From: a virus
Lineage: Duplodnaviria > Caudoviricetes
Virus record (IMG/VR): IMGVR_UViG_3300036783_000100
Coordinates: 1 to 42,535 of that record
Reading direction: 5' to 3' (one strand)
DNA: 42,535 nt
Below, in pieces: positions 25,901-34,799 of the stretch. The notes under the pieces were generated by a model. That model had not been told where the DNA came from and did no database searches. It saw only the letters and a program-made list of their open reading frames with translations. Made by a program: the position numbers and the translations under genes. Numbering within the stretch: the first letter of the stretch is position 1; every line of letters begins with the position of its first letter.

Positions 25901-26046
25901 GCAATCAGGCCCGTTGTCCGCGGGTCTTTCGGCGGCGGTTTGGCCGCCTCCTCAAACGAGAATGTGCCGGGCGCTGGCGCAGGCGCGCCAGGTGCTGGGG
26001 CAGCCGCGCCACCCTGCGCCTGCTCAAACGAGAAGGTGCCGGACAT
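22951..26046 (-). CDS. Large internal virion/DNA ejection protein
   Basis: 1031 aa Ala/Gly-rich helical protein with hydrophobic segments; last of three ejection-type genes. Confidence 0.7.
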   Translation of the reverse strand: MSGTFSFEQAQGGAAAPAPGAPAPAPGTFSFEEAAKPPPKDPRTTGLIANYGAGTSEKTAEFLGLPVDLMTGAINLVPRAINAATDTQHPTIQNPVGGSEWWKSAFGYLGADPRTIVPGDEAEQIARAAGGGTASMILPWGVARALPVLAGIPGAFQRSFGAGGAPSQAVIGGTAGAGGQIAANAVPEPYKPLAQFGGQLLAGGVAGLAAGAGRTAVNTLGGKIGDYVAPMYATGQQRLAAARVGGAASNLPEVRATLAEDQPPLVPGSQPTTFQLTGDQGLGNLERVVAKNSPDVWMARLGEQNQARVNAIGGMAPETASPDAVGGFFRQQLSDIDAAHTAQIDAARTGAREAVNNLGGAAPLGDANSTSVLQGFGQRLRAGLDALNTGTRAQVSKLYTDVDPDGTLALGMTPIRQAANDIVGARPANAAPLSGDAAGIFRTAQGLPETQLFGEAAALRSRITDAMREELYNNGRSTTYRTLVQLQKAVDNTLSGGVEQRAASDAAAVQAGHATPEQTMLGRLKAGQGDGTQQVGGVGNPVFPGQGAIPRPAGGQPGGYHGPGGAPQIPGGAGNQVTPRGLPGPSGGNRDVAAAAAALAQKWGLAPGRSAPLEPNYDPEAIARYRDANAAHAERVATYDEAPGVGAVLGTGRRAGEWRLGDSQVAATLFNSGKGAAERVQAFMRAGGSSPALVSDLKDYAAFSLRHAAEEADGTLSPARAQRWLAAHDEALSAFPELRARFADAAQQRQLVDDAVVRHQAARTAIEDSAARRFLGDADPTITIGRILRSDTAEATMADLAQRAANNPAARAGLQRGAVDFILQELRSNTVVGQERMLQPDKFTRFIQNSSRALGKIFSPEQVEAIQNTAIDLQRSQRSVSGTKLPGGSNTAQDLAAGEQHGGGHPSTVGMLAAMEGVGEAAGHALGPLGRVAGMIGVPILNAMRQNGLQKVNDLVEQMMMHPEIARTMLEKYPASLPAAQSLGQRLGRQLQALALTSPLRPTQQQTLPPTPPGLASPPAPRVIPNQLLRR
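24249..24458 (-). CDS. Possible overprinted 69-aa ORF inside the ejection protein gene
   Basis: The alternative frame reads as an ordered helical protein, while the host frame here is Gly/Pro low-complexity. Confidence 0.35.
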   Translation of the reverse strand: MAHSRSEALAILYSQGKAPYLDLLEVNLAAITDPAARLKYLAALETRSRREGYQDHLEAIAMWRLRQQL

Positions 26047-28814
26047 TACTGCAGCGCCCCAAGCTGTGCGCCAACGGCGCCGGGCGACAGCGGGGCGGCT
26101 GGTGGCTGTGGTGCAGCCGCAGCCTGTGGTGCTGGCTGTGGTGCTGCTGCAGCCGGTTGCGGCAGCGGCTCGAACGCCTTGCCATTCCAGCGCGCCGGGC
26201 CTTGCGAGGTATTGTAAATCACATTCGGGATCGCCGCCTCTTGGGTTTTAGGCATCGGATAGGGCACGATCCTGGAGGCATAAGCCTCGATCGGCGCGAT
26301 TTTCTCAAATGCGGGGAGCATGCCGCGGATCGAGCCGTTATGCGTCGGATCGGCAAGCCACTGCTCGCGGAAGTTTGCGATGTCCTGGTCGCGCTGTAAG
26401 CCCTGGCGCTCTGAGTTGATAATGACCTGGAAGCCGCCCTGCGACATTTCGATGTTGGGTTGGAAGCTCTTGATCTGCGAGAACACCGACGCAGCCTCGC
26501 GGGAGCCAAGCACGCGGGTCATTTCGGAGGCGAGGAAGCCGCCTTCCTTGCCGATTGTCTCGCCGGCAGCGGCGCCGTTGGCCAGCCATGCGGGAGGCGA
26601 GATGCCCATACCCTGCAACACGTCGGTCATCACCTTGGCGCCAGCCAAGCGCATAGCGGCCGTGCTTCCGGGCCGAAATGCGGTTGCGGCATTCTCCAGC
26701 ACGTCGAGGCGCTGCAAGCTGACCGGCGCCTTGGCAGCGGCGTCGATGATTCCCTTGCTCTGATCGCCATAGGCTTTCGACTCGGCCTCGGCCTCGGGCG
26801 AGAGTGTTGACGTGACGGGTTGGCCGCCAGGCCCCAGGGTGGGCGAAAACGTGCTCGGGCCGCCGCCCAACCCCGGATAGGCGAAGCCCGGCATCTTGGC
26901 GCCGCCAGGCCCAATAGTGTCGGTCTGGTAAGGCTGCGGCACGAGGGTCTTCGAGCCATCCGGGTTTATCAGGAAGCCACCAACTCCGCGCACCTCGAAA
27001 TTGCTGTTGATCTCCTGCGCTCGCTTCACGGCGCCCTGGTAAGCCGGGTCCGCCTTGTAGCGTTCCAGGTTCGAGTTGGCCTGCGCAACTGAGAGTTGGC
27101 CCTGCGAGACGGCGAGTTGCTGCGTTTGTATCCAGTCGGAGAATGCCTTTTGCGCCAATGCGGTGTTCTGCTGGCGGTAGGTGTCCTCCATCTTCAGCCG
27201 GTCCAGGCCGGAGAGGCGTCCTGACGCGCCGAGGGTGGTCACCTGCATCTGCTGGTGTGCGGTCAGGCCATTCTCGTTCAGCACGGGCAACGCCGGCGCC
27301 GACACGGCGGCCTGGGACTGTGGCGCTGCCGGCGGAGGTGCCGCAGGTCCGTTCTGCCCACCCGGCAGCACCTGGTTCGGTGGCGCAGCAGGAGGGGCCG
27401 CCGCTGCCGCTGTGGAGCCTGCTGACGCCCCTGCGGCTGGCCCGGCCGCGGCGGTGCCACTGAGCCGCACAGCCTGCCGTAGCGGCGCGTAGCTGGCCGG
27501 GTGGACCTGATCGCCGGAGAGCGTCGCCTGGTCGACCGGCACGAACCGCGCGCCATTGCGTTCGGCGATCTGAGCCAGCAGCGGGTTGGCCCCGGCAATG
27601 TCCGGCCGTGTGCCGACGCCGACCACCGTCACCGACTTCGCACCGCCGTCCTTCGCCGCCTGGATCTGCTGCTCGGCGAGTTGCGTGGCTGACGGATCGT
27701 TTGACGCACCGGTCGAGATCACCACGTCCTGGCCACGCAGCGCGCCCGACTTGGCCTGCTGCTGGATCTGGGTCAGCACCTCCTGCGGTCTGGCTCCCTC
27801 GCGAGCGGTCCCGAGTTGGCCGCCTAACCCCACAGCGAGGCTATCGCCGACCACCACCGGCCCGGCGGGCTGCTGCTGGCCGCCCGCGGCAACCGTGCCG
27901 CCGCCGCTGCCTGGAGGCCTGGCATATCCGATGTTGTAGAAATTGTGCTGCCCGATCACCGTTGGCGTACCGGTCGCCCAGGATGGCGGTGGGCGCCCCA
28001 GCGCCGCCTGCGCCGTCGGGCTGTAGAAGTGCGTCGCACCGGCAGTCGGGTCTGCGCTTTGTCCTGCGAGCGCTGGGCGCACCACGTTATTGAGGATACG
28101 CTGATACTGCGCCGAGTTCGGATCGATCCCCTCGAGCTTCGCGCGTGTCGCCGGGTTGTTCCACGGCTCGAACTGGTTCGGCGCGAACACCACGGACTGC
28201 ACGTCGCCGCCGGACTGCTTGATGCGGTTGTTGATGACGTGCGCCACGGCCGCCTGGCCGATGGTTTCCTGGTTGCCGGCCTCGCCGATGACGGTGCGCA
28301 CGGCCTGGTCCTCGGCGGTGCTGACACCTTCCGGAAGATTGGGCGCGATGTATGGCGCCAGCGGCGCGCCAGCCGGCGCATAGCCTGGACCTGACGGCGG
28401 AGCCGTCGCCGGCGCCGCCGCCCCACCCGCTGCCGCAGGTTGTGGGGTCGACAACGCCTGGTTAATCCCACGGTTGGCGGCGAACTCCGCCTGCTTCTCG
28501 CTCGGCGTGCCCATCAGGGCAATCTGGTGCAGCACGGCATCGCCCGGATACTGCGCCGGCGCGTTCTTCGCGATACCCTGCTGCTGCAACCACGCCAGAC
28601 GACCCGGATACGCCGCCGCCCGCGATGCCTCGTCGGGATATCGCGACGGATCGAGCAGATCCTGTGCAGCGCGCGCCTGATACTCCATGTCCAGGCCGCT
28701 GATGCCAAGCTGATTGGCCTGCATCTTCTGCGCGTCGAGCTTTGCCCCTACCGGATCGAGCAGCACGTTCGGCGTCGCATCGAACGCGCCGAGCGATGAC
28801 GAGAACGTCGCCAT
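26046..28814 (-). CDS. Ejection protein with SleB-like (Hydrolase_2) cell-wall hydrolase and SGNH hydrolase domains
   Basis: RTVIGEAGNQ..GQAAVAHVINNR...VVFAPNQFEPWN...DPTAGATHFYSP...IGQHNFY; then VVGDSLAVG...STGASND...DQVHP. Confidence 0.8.
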   Translation of the reverse strand: MATFSSSLGAFDATPNVLLDPVGAKLDAQKMQANQLGISGLDMEYQARAAQDLLDPSRYPDEASRAAAYPGRLAWLQQQGIAKNAPAQYPGDAVLHQIALMGTPSEKQAEFAANRGINQALSTPQPAAAGGAAAPATAPPSGPGYAPAGAPLAPYIAPNLPEGVSTAEDQAVRTVIGEAGNQETIGQAAVAHVINNRIKQSGGDVQSVVFAPNQFEPWNNPATRAKLEGIDPNSAQYQRILNNVVRPALAGQSADPTAGATHFYSPTAQAALGRPPPSWATGTPTVIGQHNFYNIGYARPPGSGGGTVAAGGQQQPAGPVVVGDSLAVGLGGQLGTAREGARPQEVLTQIQQQAKSGALRGQDVVISTGASNDPSATQLAEQQIQAAKDGGAKSVTVVGVGTRPDIAGANPLLAQIAERNGARFVPVDQATLSGDQVHPASYAPLRQAVRLSGTAAAGPAAGASAGSTAAAAAPPAAPPNQVLPGGQNGPAAPPPAAPQSQAAVSAPALPVLNENGLTAHQQMQVTTLGASGRLSGLDRLKMEDTYRQQNTALAQKAFSDWIQTQQLAVSQGQLSVAQANSNLERYKADPAYQGAVKRAQEINSNFEVRGVGGFLINPDGSKTLVPQPYQTDTIGPGGAKMPGFAYPGLGGGPSTFSPTLGPGGQPVTSTLSPEAEAESKAYGDQSKGIIDAAAKAPVSLQRLDVLENAATAFRPGSTAAMRLAGAKVMTDVLQGMGISPPAWLANGAAAGETIGKEGGFLASEMTRVLGSREAASVFSQIKSFQPNIEMSQGGFQVIINSERQGLQRDQDIANFREQWLADPTHNGSIRGMLPAFEKIAPIEAYASRIVPYPMPKTQEAAIPNVIYNTSQGPARWNGKAFEPLPQPAAAAPQPAPQAAAAPQPPAAPLSPGAVGAQLGALQ

Positions 28815-29437
28815 CAGAAGAAGGCCATGGCTGAGTTCATCAGTTGATTGCTCTGGCTGGACAGCCCCTTCGCCACGTTGCCGTAGATCGACGCCAGCGC
28901 CGCACCCGCGCTCGCGTCAGTCGAGGCTATGCCCTGGCCGGTTGCCGTCGCGGCCGTCCCGGTCTGCCCCGCGGCGGTCTCGCCCAGCGTCGAGAGGCCC
29001 ATGAGCCGGTTGTAGTAGTTGCCGAACTCCTGATCCGCCAACCCGGTGCCGAACGTCTGCTCGGCCTTCAGCGTGGCGCCCGAGCGCAACAGGCCCTTCG
29101 CCGCCGCACCGGCATCGACACCGCGCAAACCTTGTTCCAACTGAAACTGATACCCCGGCGAGGACTGGAAGTTGCTCATCGCCGCATCGGCCGCCGGCTG
29201 GCCATTCAAACCGAGCAAATCTTCCTGCGCCTGCAGCGGCGCCAGCCCTGCCTCGCGATACGGCCCGAGGTCATTGCGCGTCTGCTGGTACATCTGCATC
29301 TGCGCGGCGTTGGCGGCGTCACGCCCCGACGTGACCGCGTTCGACCCCATGACGCCGCCTAACACCGTCGCGAGCGGCCCGAATGCCACCATCTCGGCGA
29401 ACCTATGCGTGGGCTGGCCGCCCTCGGTCCATCTCAT
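28814..29437 (-). CDS. DNA transfer/pilot ejection protein (P22 gp7-like)
   Basis: LGPYREAG...FQSSPGYQFQLEQG...AAAKGLLRSGATLKA..FGTGLADQEFGNYYNRL. Confidence 0.75.
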   Translation of the reverse strand: MRWTEGGQPTHRFAEMVAFGPLATVLGGVMGSNAVTSGRDAANAAQMQMYQQTRNDLGPYREAGLAPLQAQEDLLGLNGQPAADAAMSNFQSSPGYQFQLEQGLRGVDAGAAAKGLLRSGATLKAEQTFGTGLADQEFGNYYNRLMGLSTLGETAAGQTGTAATATGQGIASTDASAGAALASIYGNVAKGLSSQSNQLMNSAMAFF

Positions 29438-29871
29438 CGTGCTGTCCTTTCAGCTAGACACACCATCCGCCCTGAGATTTCGCACGGCGGGCGCAGCATA
29501 AACCCCAGCCACTTCAGCCACCGCAGTTCCCGCGCACGGCCGGCGCCCTCCGCTGTGCGCAATACCGGAAACAGTGCCTGCATCTCCTCGACAATCTGCC
29601 GCGTCGCCCGGAGATAGAATTTTCGATCGCGCCGCCAGTCGGGGGTGGTCATCATCCACGCCACACCGTTCGCCGTCACGCCTGCCACCAGCATCGGGAT
29701 GCCGTCCACCAGGCCGCACCAGCACCGCACTGACATCGCCAGCGCCGCCATTGCGTCGGCCTCGTCGCCCAGCGCCTCAAGCTCCTCGCGGTCTTCCGGC
29801 GATAGCCGCTCAAGCACTGTGCGCAGATCGTCTTGCGTTGCGATGGGCATCAGCACGGACGGCTGGATCAC
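29434..29871 (-). CDS. GNAT-like protein (T7 gp13-like)
   Basis: RLSPEDREELEA, AWMMTT, RWLKWLGF; sits immediately before the ejection genes. Confidence 0.65.
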   Translation of the reverse strand: MIQPSVLMPIATQDDLRTVLERLSPEDREELEALGDEADAMAALAMSVRCWCGLVDGIPMLVAGVTANGVAWMMTTPDWRRDRKFYLRATRQIVEEMQALFPVLRTAEGAGRARELRWLKWLGFMLRPPCEISGRMVCLAERTAR

Positions 29872-30389
29872 CGTGCTCTACGCGCGCTGATCGTACCGCT
29901 GGCCGTCGCCGAACTGGTGGTCCCGACCTCTGCCACCAGTGTCACGGCCGTCGCCACCGTGACGTTGTAGCGCCGCGTCGCCGTGCTCATCGCCTGACCC
30001 ATCGCCGTCGTTGGGAAGGTCGCGGTGAACAGCGTGTCGACCGAGCCGATGCCGGCCGCGAAGAACGTATGCGTCCCGGCCGCGGCATTGAAATTGACAT
30101 TGCCCGTCACGTCCCAGTCGCCCGCCGTCAGGCTCAGCGTCGCCACGGTGGTCACGACGTTGTTCGCCAGGCCGATGCCCGAGCCGCTCGCCGTGAGGTA
30201 TTCGCCGATCTGGCCCGCCGCGGCATCCGAGCCGTCGGTGACGCCCTGGAACTTGCTCCAGATCGCCTGCAACCGGTCCTCGACCGACTGGTGGTATTCG
30301 CTCCAGGGCTGCGTCGTGGTCCGTGTGTCGGCCCCGGTCACTGCCGCCAGGAACGGCGGATCGATGCGAACGCCGGGGGGCGTCGCCAT
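29868..30389 (-). CDS. Tail-associated protein (needle/plug-like position)
   Basis: Start MATPPGVRIDPP is coupled to the hub stop; beta-rich C-terminal domain shared with the tailspike. Confidence 0.65.
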   Translation of the reverse strand: MATPPGVRIDPPFLAAVTGADTRTTTQPWSEYHQSVEDRLQAIWSKFQGVTDGSDAAAGQIGEYLTASGSGIGLANNVVTTVATLSLTAGDWDVTGNVNFNAAAGTHTFFAAGIGSVDTLFTATFPTTAMGQAMSTATRRYNVTVATAVTLVAEVGTTSSATASGTISARRAR

Positions 30390-31864
30390 CAGGTGGCACC
30401 CCCGGCGATGTCGGCATCGACCGCATACAATGACGTGCAACCGTGCGTGGTCAGCCGATAGATGCGCTGGCGGAAGCTGCCCAGGCGCGTGGTGAACACC
30501 CGCCGCCGGTCGCCATAGAATGCCCCGGCACTCATCGTCCGCGGCCCGCCGTCCCAACTCTGCCCGCCGGTATCGGACCAGTCGAGCGTGACATCGCCGG
30601 TGGGCGATTGCGCGCCGACCTCCATCTCGACCTCGAGGCGGGCACAGAACGCGCGCCGCGTGTTGGCCCAGAGCGGTGGCAGGATAGCCTGGCGAATGAC
30701 GTTGTAGCCGTCACCGTCGGTCGGCTCGTTGCGGATCGGCAGAAACAGTCGCCCCGACAGGCTGTCGCCCAGCAGATACGAACTGCCGAACGGGCAGGCG
30801 CAGTTGATCTTCCACCGCGCCGTACCGTCGGCCGAACTCGACCGCTCGTGCCAGACCTTGGTGGCGCAGTTGTACTCGAAGGTCCGGTTGCCCTGGGTGA
30901 TGCAGTAGAACGTATGGCCGCCCCAGATGTAGGCGAAGGCCACATCACAATCGCTCAGCACCGCCTCGATGGCGTGGGTGCTGACGCGCTGTGCGTTGTA
31001 GCTGTTGGATCGGTAGACGATGCCATCCACTCCAAGCCACCAGACAGAGCTATCGATGATCACCTCGGATCGTGGGGTAAAGGAGCCGTGCGAGATCACC
31101 GCACCAGGCTGGCGGCGGAACGGAAAGAACGAGGTTCCCGGCGTAGTCTCCAGGCCGGACGATCCGGCATCATACCAGACCTCATGGCCGGCCTGGCCCA
31201 TAAGCCAGAACTGCCCGCGAAACCCCAGGATGCGCTCGAGCACGTTCGGCATCGCATCGGAGTAGGCGAAGTCGAGGGCGTCGAAGTCGGTCGGGTCCAT
31301 CAGCCGTGAGATGAACCAGCGCGCCGGGTCGGCGTAGTCGCTGAACGCCCAATAGTTGTCCATCTGCGCCACTGAGGCGGCGCCGGTGAACGTGCCACCC
31401 AGTTGCTGCAATGGATCGCCGCCGATGGCACCGGTGGTGTTGTGGCCGCAGGTGTAGGCACGCGGCGGCACACAGACCACGGTAGCGGTCGAGCCGGTGC
31501 CGATGGTGATCATCTTGTTGGGATCGTCCGGCACGCCGATATCGCCCATGTCCTCGATACCGGCGGCAGGGTCGGGGGCGAAGATGCAGCGGTAAAAGTG
31601 CGTGCCTGAGACGACATACAGCCGGCCGGGTTGGGAAAAGTCGAGCGCCTTGATCGGGCCGGTGCCCACCGTCAGGTAGGTCTGCAAGCCCGGCGTCGAG
31701 ATCAATGCTGCCGCGGTGCGTGCGTCCTGCGGCTCCTGTTCGGCCATAAGGTTAACTAATTTCTTGGCCGACAGCGGCAGCGACGGGTGCTCGTAGCTTT
31801 CCAGCGGGAACGGGATGCGTTGCATGCCGGTCGCTGCTGGCGATTGCTGTGTGGTGGCGGACAT
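30389..31864 (-). CDS. Tail hub / DNA stabilisation protein (P22 gp10-like)
   Basis: VNLMAE...LISTPGL, FDALDFA, RVSTHAIE, GHTFY, WHERSS, WSDTGGQSW, RLGSFRQRIYRL. Confidence 0.85.
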   Translation of the reverse strand: MSATTQQSPAATGMQRIPFPLESYEHPSLPLSAKKLVNLMAEQEPQDARTAAALISTPGLQTYLTVGTGPIKALDFSQPGRLYVVSGTHFYRCIFAPDPAAGIEDMGDIGVPDDPNKMITIGTGSTATVVCVPPRAYTCGHNTTGAIGGDPLQQLGGTFTGAASVAQMDNYWAFSDYADPARWFISRLMDPTDFDALDFAYSDAMPNVLERILGFRGQFWLMGQAGHEVWYDAGSSGLETTPGTSFFPFRRQPGAVISHGSFTPRSEVIIDSSVWWLGVDGIVYRSNSYNAQRVSTHAIEAVLSDCDVAFAYIWGGHTFYCITQGNRTFEYNCATKVWHERSSSADGTARWKINCACPFGSSYLLGDSLSGRLFLPIRNEPTDGDGYNVIRQAILPPLWANTRRAFCARLEVEMEVGAQSPTGDVTLDWSDTGGQSWDGGPRTMSAGAFYGDRRRVFTTRLGSFRQRIYRLTTHGCTSLYAVDADIAGGAT

Positions 31865-31874
31865 GGAGGCTCTT

Positions 31875-32075
31875 ATGCTGAGTGTCTTGGTGGCGTGGGT
31901 GTTGGCAGCGTCGCCGGTGGATCATATGCCGGCCGACGCTTACCCGACTTACTGGCGCGAGTTGGCGATGGAGCGCGCGCGGCAGGATATGGCGCGTCGC
32001 CGCGAGGAGATGCTGCGTAGCACCGTGCCGTCAGGTAGCCTGCCGCGCCCCGAGGAACCCGGTGGCGCTCACTAA
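31875..32075 (+). CDS. Small antisense protein with signal-like N-terminus (66 aa)
   Basis: GGAGG before ATG 31875; MLSVLVAWVLAASPVDHMPADAYPTYWRE...; fills the spike-hub gap. Confidence 0.45.
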   Translation: MLSVLVAWVLAASPVDHMPADAYPTYWRELAMERARQDMARRREEMLRSTVPSGSLPRPEEPGGAH

Positions 32076-33875
32076 GCCGCTGGCGAAGTTGGCCTGCGCC
32101 ACGAGGTAGATCACCGTCGAGGTGGTAACGCTGATGCGGGTCGTGCTGGTGGACAGGGCGTTCGTGGTGTTGGCGGTGAATGCCGCTGAGAGCGACTGCT
32201 GGCCGCCGGCATCGGGCGCCCCTGAGAAACCACCAGACGTTCCGCTCACGCCCGCCAGCAGCGCTGTCGGCGCCGCTCCGCCGGATGCTGTGAATACCAC
32301 CCGGCCATGCACATCCCAGTCGCCCGGTGTCAGCGTAATCTGCGCCGCATTTGCCGCCGCCCCGCTGGTGATGCCTCCGCCGCCGGTGCCGGTGAGATAG
32401 CCGCCGACGCCGCCGTTGTTGCCGATGTAGGCGCCGACAGAAGCGGCTGGCAGCGACATGCCCCAGCCATACGCCGTGTTGCCGACGATGCGATGCAGGT
32501 TGTCGGTCGGGACGTTGAGGAACGTGCCGCTGCCGCTGCCGATCTGTGGCGAACGACAACCGGTCAGTGTGAGATAGCATCCACTGCCCGCCCCAAGAGT
32601 TATCGTTGGCTGCGTGTATGCGGTGTTCGGCGAGCGGTTGAAATGGCAGTTGGCGATCTGTGTCTCGGCTACACCGCTCCCGGCAGCATTGACCACGACC
32701 GAGGACACGTCGGCGTTGTTGTGCTCAAAGCTGCAATTGTCGAGCAGCAGCCGCGCTGACTGCCCGGTCGCCACGTTCACGTTGACAAACCCGACCGCGC
32801 CGGCGTTCGCCTGTCCGAACCAGCAGTTGTCAATGTAGACGGTTCCTTGGGTAAGGCTGACCGCGGTGAAGTTCGTCGCGGTCGCCGTGAAGTAGCTGCC
32901 GGTGACCTGGAACCGACCGCCGCCGGCTTGGCTGATCCCGTTGAACCCATCGAACGCGCAGTTAACGGCAGAGCCGAACGTGTAGCCGCTGGCGCCGGCA
33001 AACAGCGACAGGTCGGAGTAGAACAGGAACAGGCAATCTTCGAGCTTCAGGTCATCGCAGCGGCCCGACGCGATGCAGGTGGTGCCGAGGCTTTGCGCAA
33101 TGGAAAGCTGGTTGGCTGTCATCTCGAAGCCGGCGCAATGGAAGTCACGGATGCGCACGCTGTCCACGCTGCCGTCGATATAGATGCCGTATGTGTAGAA
33201 CGACGCCTGCAGGTCGCGGATCATCGCGCCGCCGGCATTCCCTCCCATGCTGATGGCAGTCATCGCGTTGACGATCGCCATCTCTTCCAGAATGAACCGG
33301 GGCTGGCCGGTGGCATTGATCGCAGGCGGATATGCTGTCAGCGCCGACCGGGTTGCAGTATTGGGCTGGATGAAGCGTATTTTGAAGCTCTTGAGGTAGG
33401 CGGCAGGCTCGCCGCTGGTGAAGACGAAGACGCCCAGCGCGGACATATTGAACGTGGAGTTGGCGACGACGGCAGTGAGCGCGCGCCCGGCACCCTCGAT
33501 GAGTTGGCCAACGGTGGCGCAGATCAGCGCGTCTTTCACCAGGTAGGTGCCGGCCGGCAGGTAGACCGAATTGCCGGTATTGATGGCGGCCTGTATGGCG
33601 GCGCGGTCGTCGGTGGTGCCGTCGCCTGTCGCGCCATAGTCCTTGACGCTGACGATGTCGGCCATCTTGCTGTTGTAGGCGCGGGCGACAGCGCCGGTGC
33701 CTGGCGCCGTGAACGTCAGCTTGGGGCCGACATAGGTGGCTATCGCTGGCGCCGCGAAGCGCCCTGATCCGGAGAGTTCGCCAACGACTGAGCTGCTATC
33801 GGTGATAGCGCCGAGGTCCGGCATATCGACAATGCGAATGCCGTCGGTGACGATGGTTGGGATGGTTGTGGACAT
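32031..33875 (-). CDS. Tailspike with pectate-lyase-3-type right-handed beta-helix
   Basis: VSVKDYGATGDGTTDDRAAIQAAI...VYLPAGTYLV; repeated NCxF turns. Confidence 0.85.
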   Translation of the reverse strand: MSTTIPTIVTDGIRIVDMPDLGAITDSSSVVGELSGSGRFAAPAIATYVGPKLTFTAPGTGAVARAYNSKMADIVSVKDYGATGDGTTDDRAAIQAAINTGNSVYLPAGTYLVKDALICATVGQLIEGAGRALTAVVANSTFNMSALGVFVFTSGEPAAYLKSFKIRFIQPNTATRSALTAYPPAINATGQPRFILEEMAIVNAMTAISMGGNAGGAMIRDLQASFYTYGIYIDGSVDSVRIRDFHCAGFEMTANQLSIAQSLGTTCIASGRCDDLKLEDCLFLFYSDLSLFAGASGYTFGSAVNCAFDGFNGISQAGGGRFQVTGSYFTATATNFTAVSLTQGTVYIDNCWFGQANAGAVGFVNVNVATGQSARLLLDNCSFEHNNADVSSVVVNAAGSGVAETQIANCHFNRSPNTAYTQPTITLGAGSGCYLTLTGCRSPQIGSGSGTFLNVPTDNLHRIVGNTAYGWGMSLPAASVGAYIGNNGGVGGYLTGTGGGGITSGAAANAAQITLTPGDWDVHGRVVFTASGGAAPTALLAGVSGTSGGFSGAPDAGGQQSLSAAFTANTTNALSTSTTRISVTTSTVIYLVAQANFASGLVSATGFLGARQAT

Positions 33876-33885
33876 TATGGCCCCT

Positions 33886-34269
33886 TCAGTCTGTCGCGAT
33901 GTATCGCGACTCGATCCTGGCAATGCGTGTGGTGAGAGCGTTGATTTGAGCGGTCAGGCTCGCGATGGCGGCCGCGACGAAAGCGGTGGTCGCGAGCTGC
34001 GTGGTATTGGTTCCAGGTGCGGCCGTAGGCGCTGTGGATACCCCTACCAATACCAGTGCTCCGGTCATCGTGGCGCCGGACTTCGCCACGAAAGCGCCGC
34101 TACCGGCGATCGGGACCACCAATGTAGCGCTGCCACCCGGGCCGGCGGTGCCCTGTCCATAGTAGAGCGTGGAATCCACCTCGTTGTAGGCGATTTCGGC
34201 ATTGGCGAGCGTTGCCGGGGCGCCCGGTGCACCTGTCGGGCGTCGCTTTATGCGAAGTACGTCGGCCAT
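33886..34269 (-). CDS. Short fibre-like protein, paralogue of the 34799-37051 N-terminus
   Basis: MADVLRIKRRPTGAPGAPATLANAEIAYNEVD..., one APTAAPGTNTTQLATTAFV repeat, C-terminal coiled coil. Confidence 0.75.
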   Translation of the reverse strand: MADVLRIKRRPTGAPGAPATLANAEIAYNEVDSTLYYGQGTAGPGGSATLVVPIAGSGAFVAKSGATMTGALVLVGVSTAPTAAPGTNTTQLATTAFVAAAIASLTAQINALTTRIARIESRYIATD

Positions 34270-34277
34270 GTGGCTCT

Positions 34278-34799
34278 CTATGCGAAGATCGGAATATCGG
34301 TATCGGTCAGCAGCGGCTGTAAGACCGGCGGCACCGCGGGCGGGCCGAACGCACCGCTGCGGATCTGCAGCACACCCTGGAACAGCAGATCCGACTTCTG
34401 GCCAGACCAGCCCAACTGCACCGCCCAGCCGCATCGCCACGGAAAACTTTGCAACGTGCCGGATGGCAGGAAGAAGTCGAACGAGCCGAGGCCGACTTGC
34501 GGCGCGCCCATGCCGGACCACAGCACTGAGCCACCGGCGGTGAGCGGGCGGTCGTAGTCGCAGCCGCAACCGTAGCTGCCCCAGCCGTTGGCGGCAGGCC
34601 GATAATCCGCCCAGATCACCAATTGCGCTGCTGGGCCGCCGATGCCGTCGGTCAGCGTCAGCATCTGTGCGGCCGGGTTATCGCTCTCTACCACGGTGAC
34701 ACGCAGCGTGAGGCTGTCAGTCGCATAGGCCACGAGGTCGCGGCGCATGTCGTGCAACGGTGAGGAGCGGAGATACGGCGCGGTGATGGTTTGCTGCAT
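34278..34799 (-). CDS. Hypothetical structural protein
   Basis: 173 aa beta-rich ORF coupled to the fibre gene. Confidence 0.65.
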   Translation of the reverse strand: MQQTITAPYLRSSPLHDMRRDLVAYATDSLTLRVTVVESDNPAAQMLTLTDGIGGPAAQLVIWADYRPAANGWGSYGCGCDYDRPLTAGGSVLWSGMGAPQVGLGSFDFFLPSGTLQSFPWRCGWAVQLGWSGQKSDLLFQGVLQIRSGAFGPPAVPPVLQPLLTDTDIPIFA

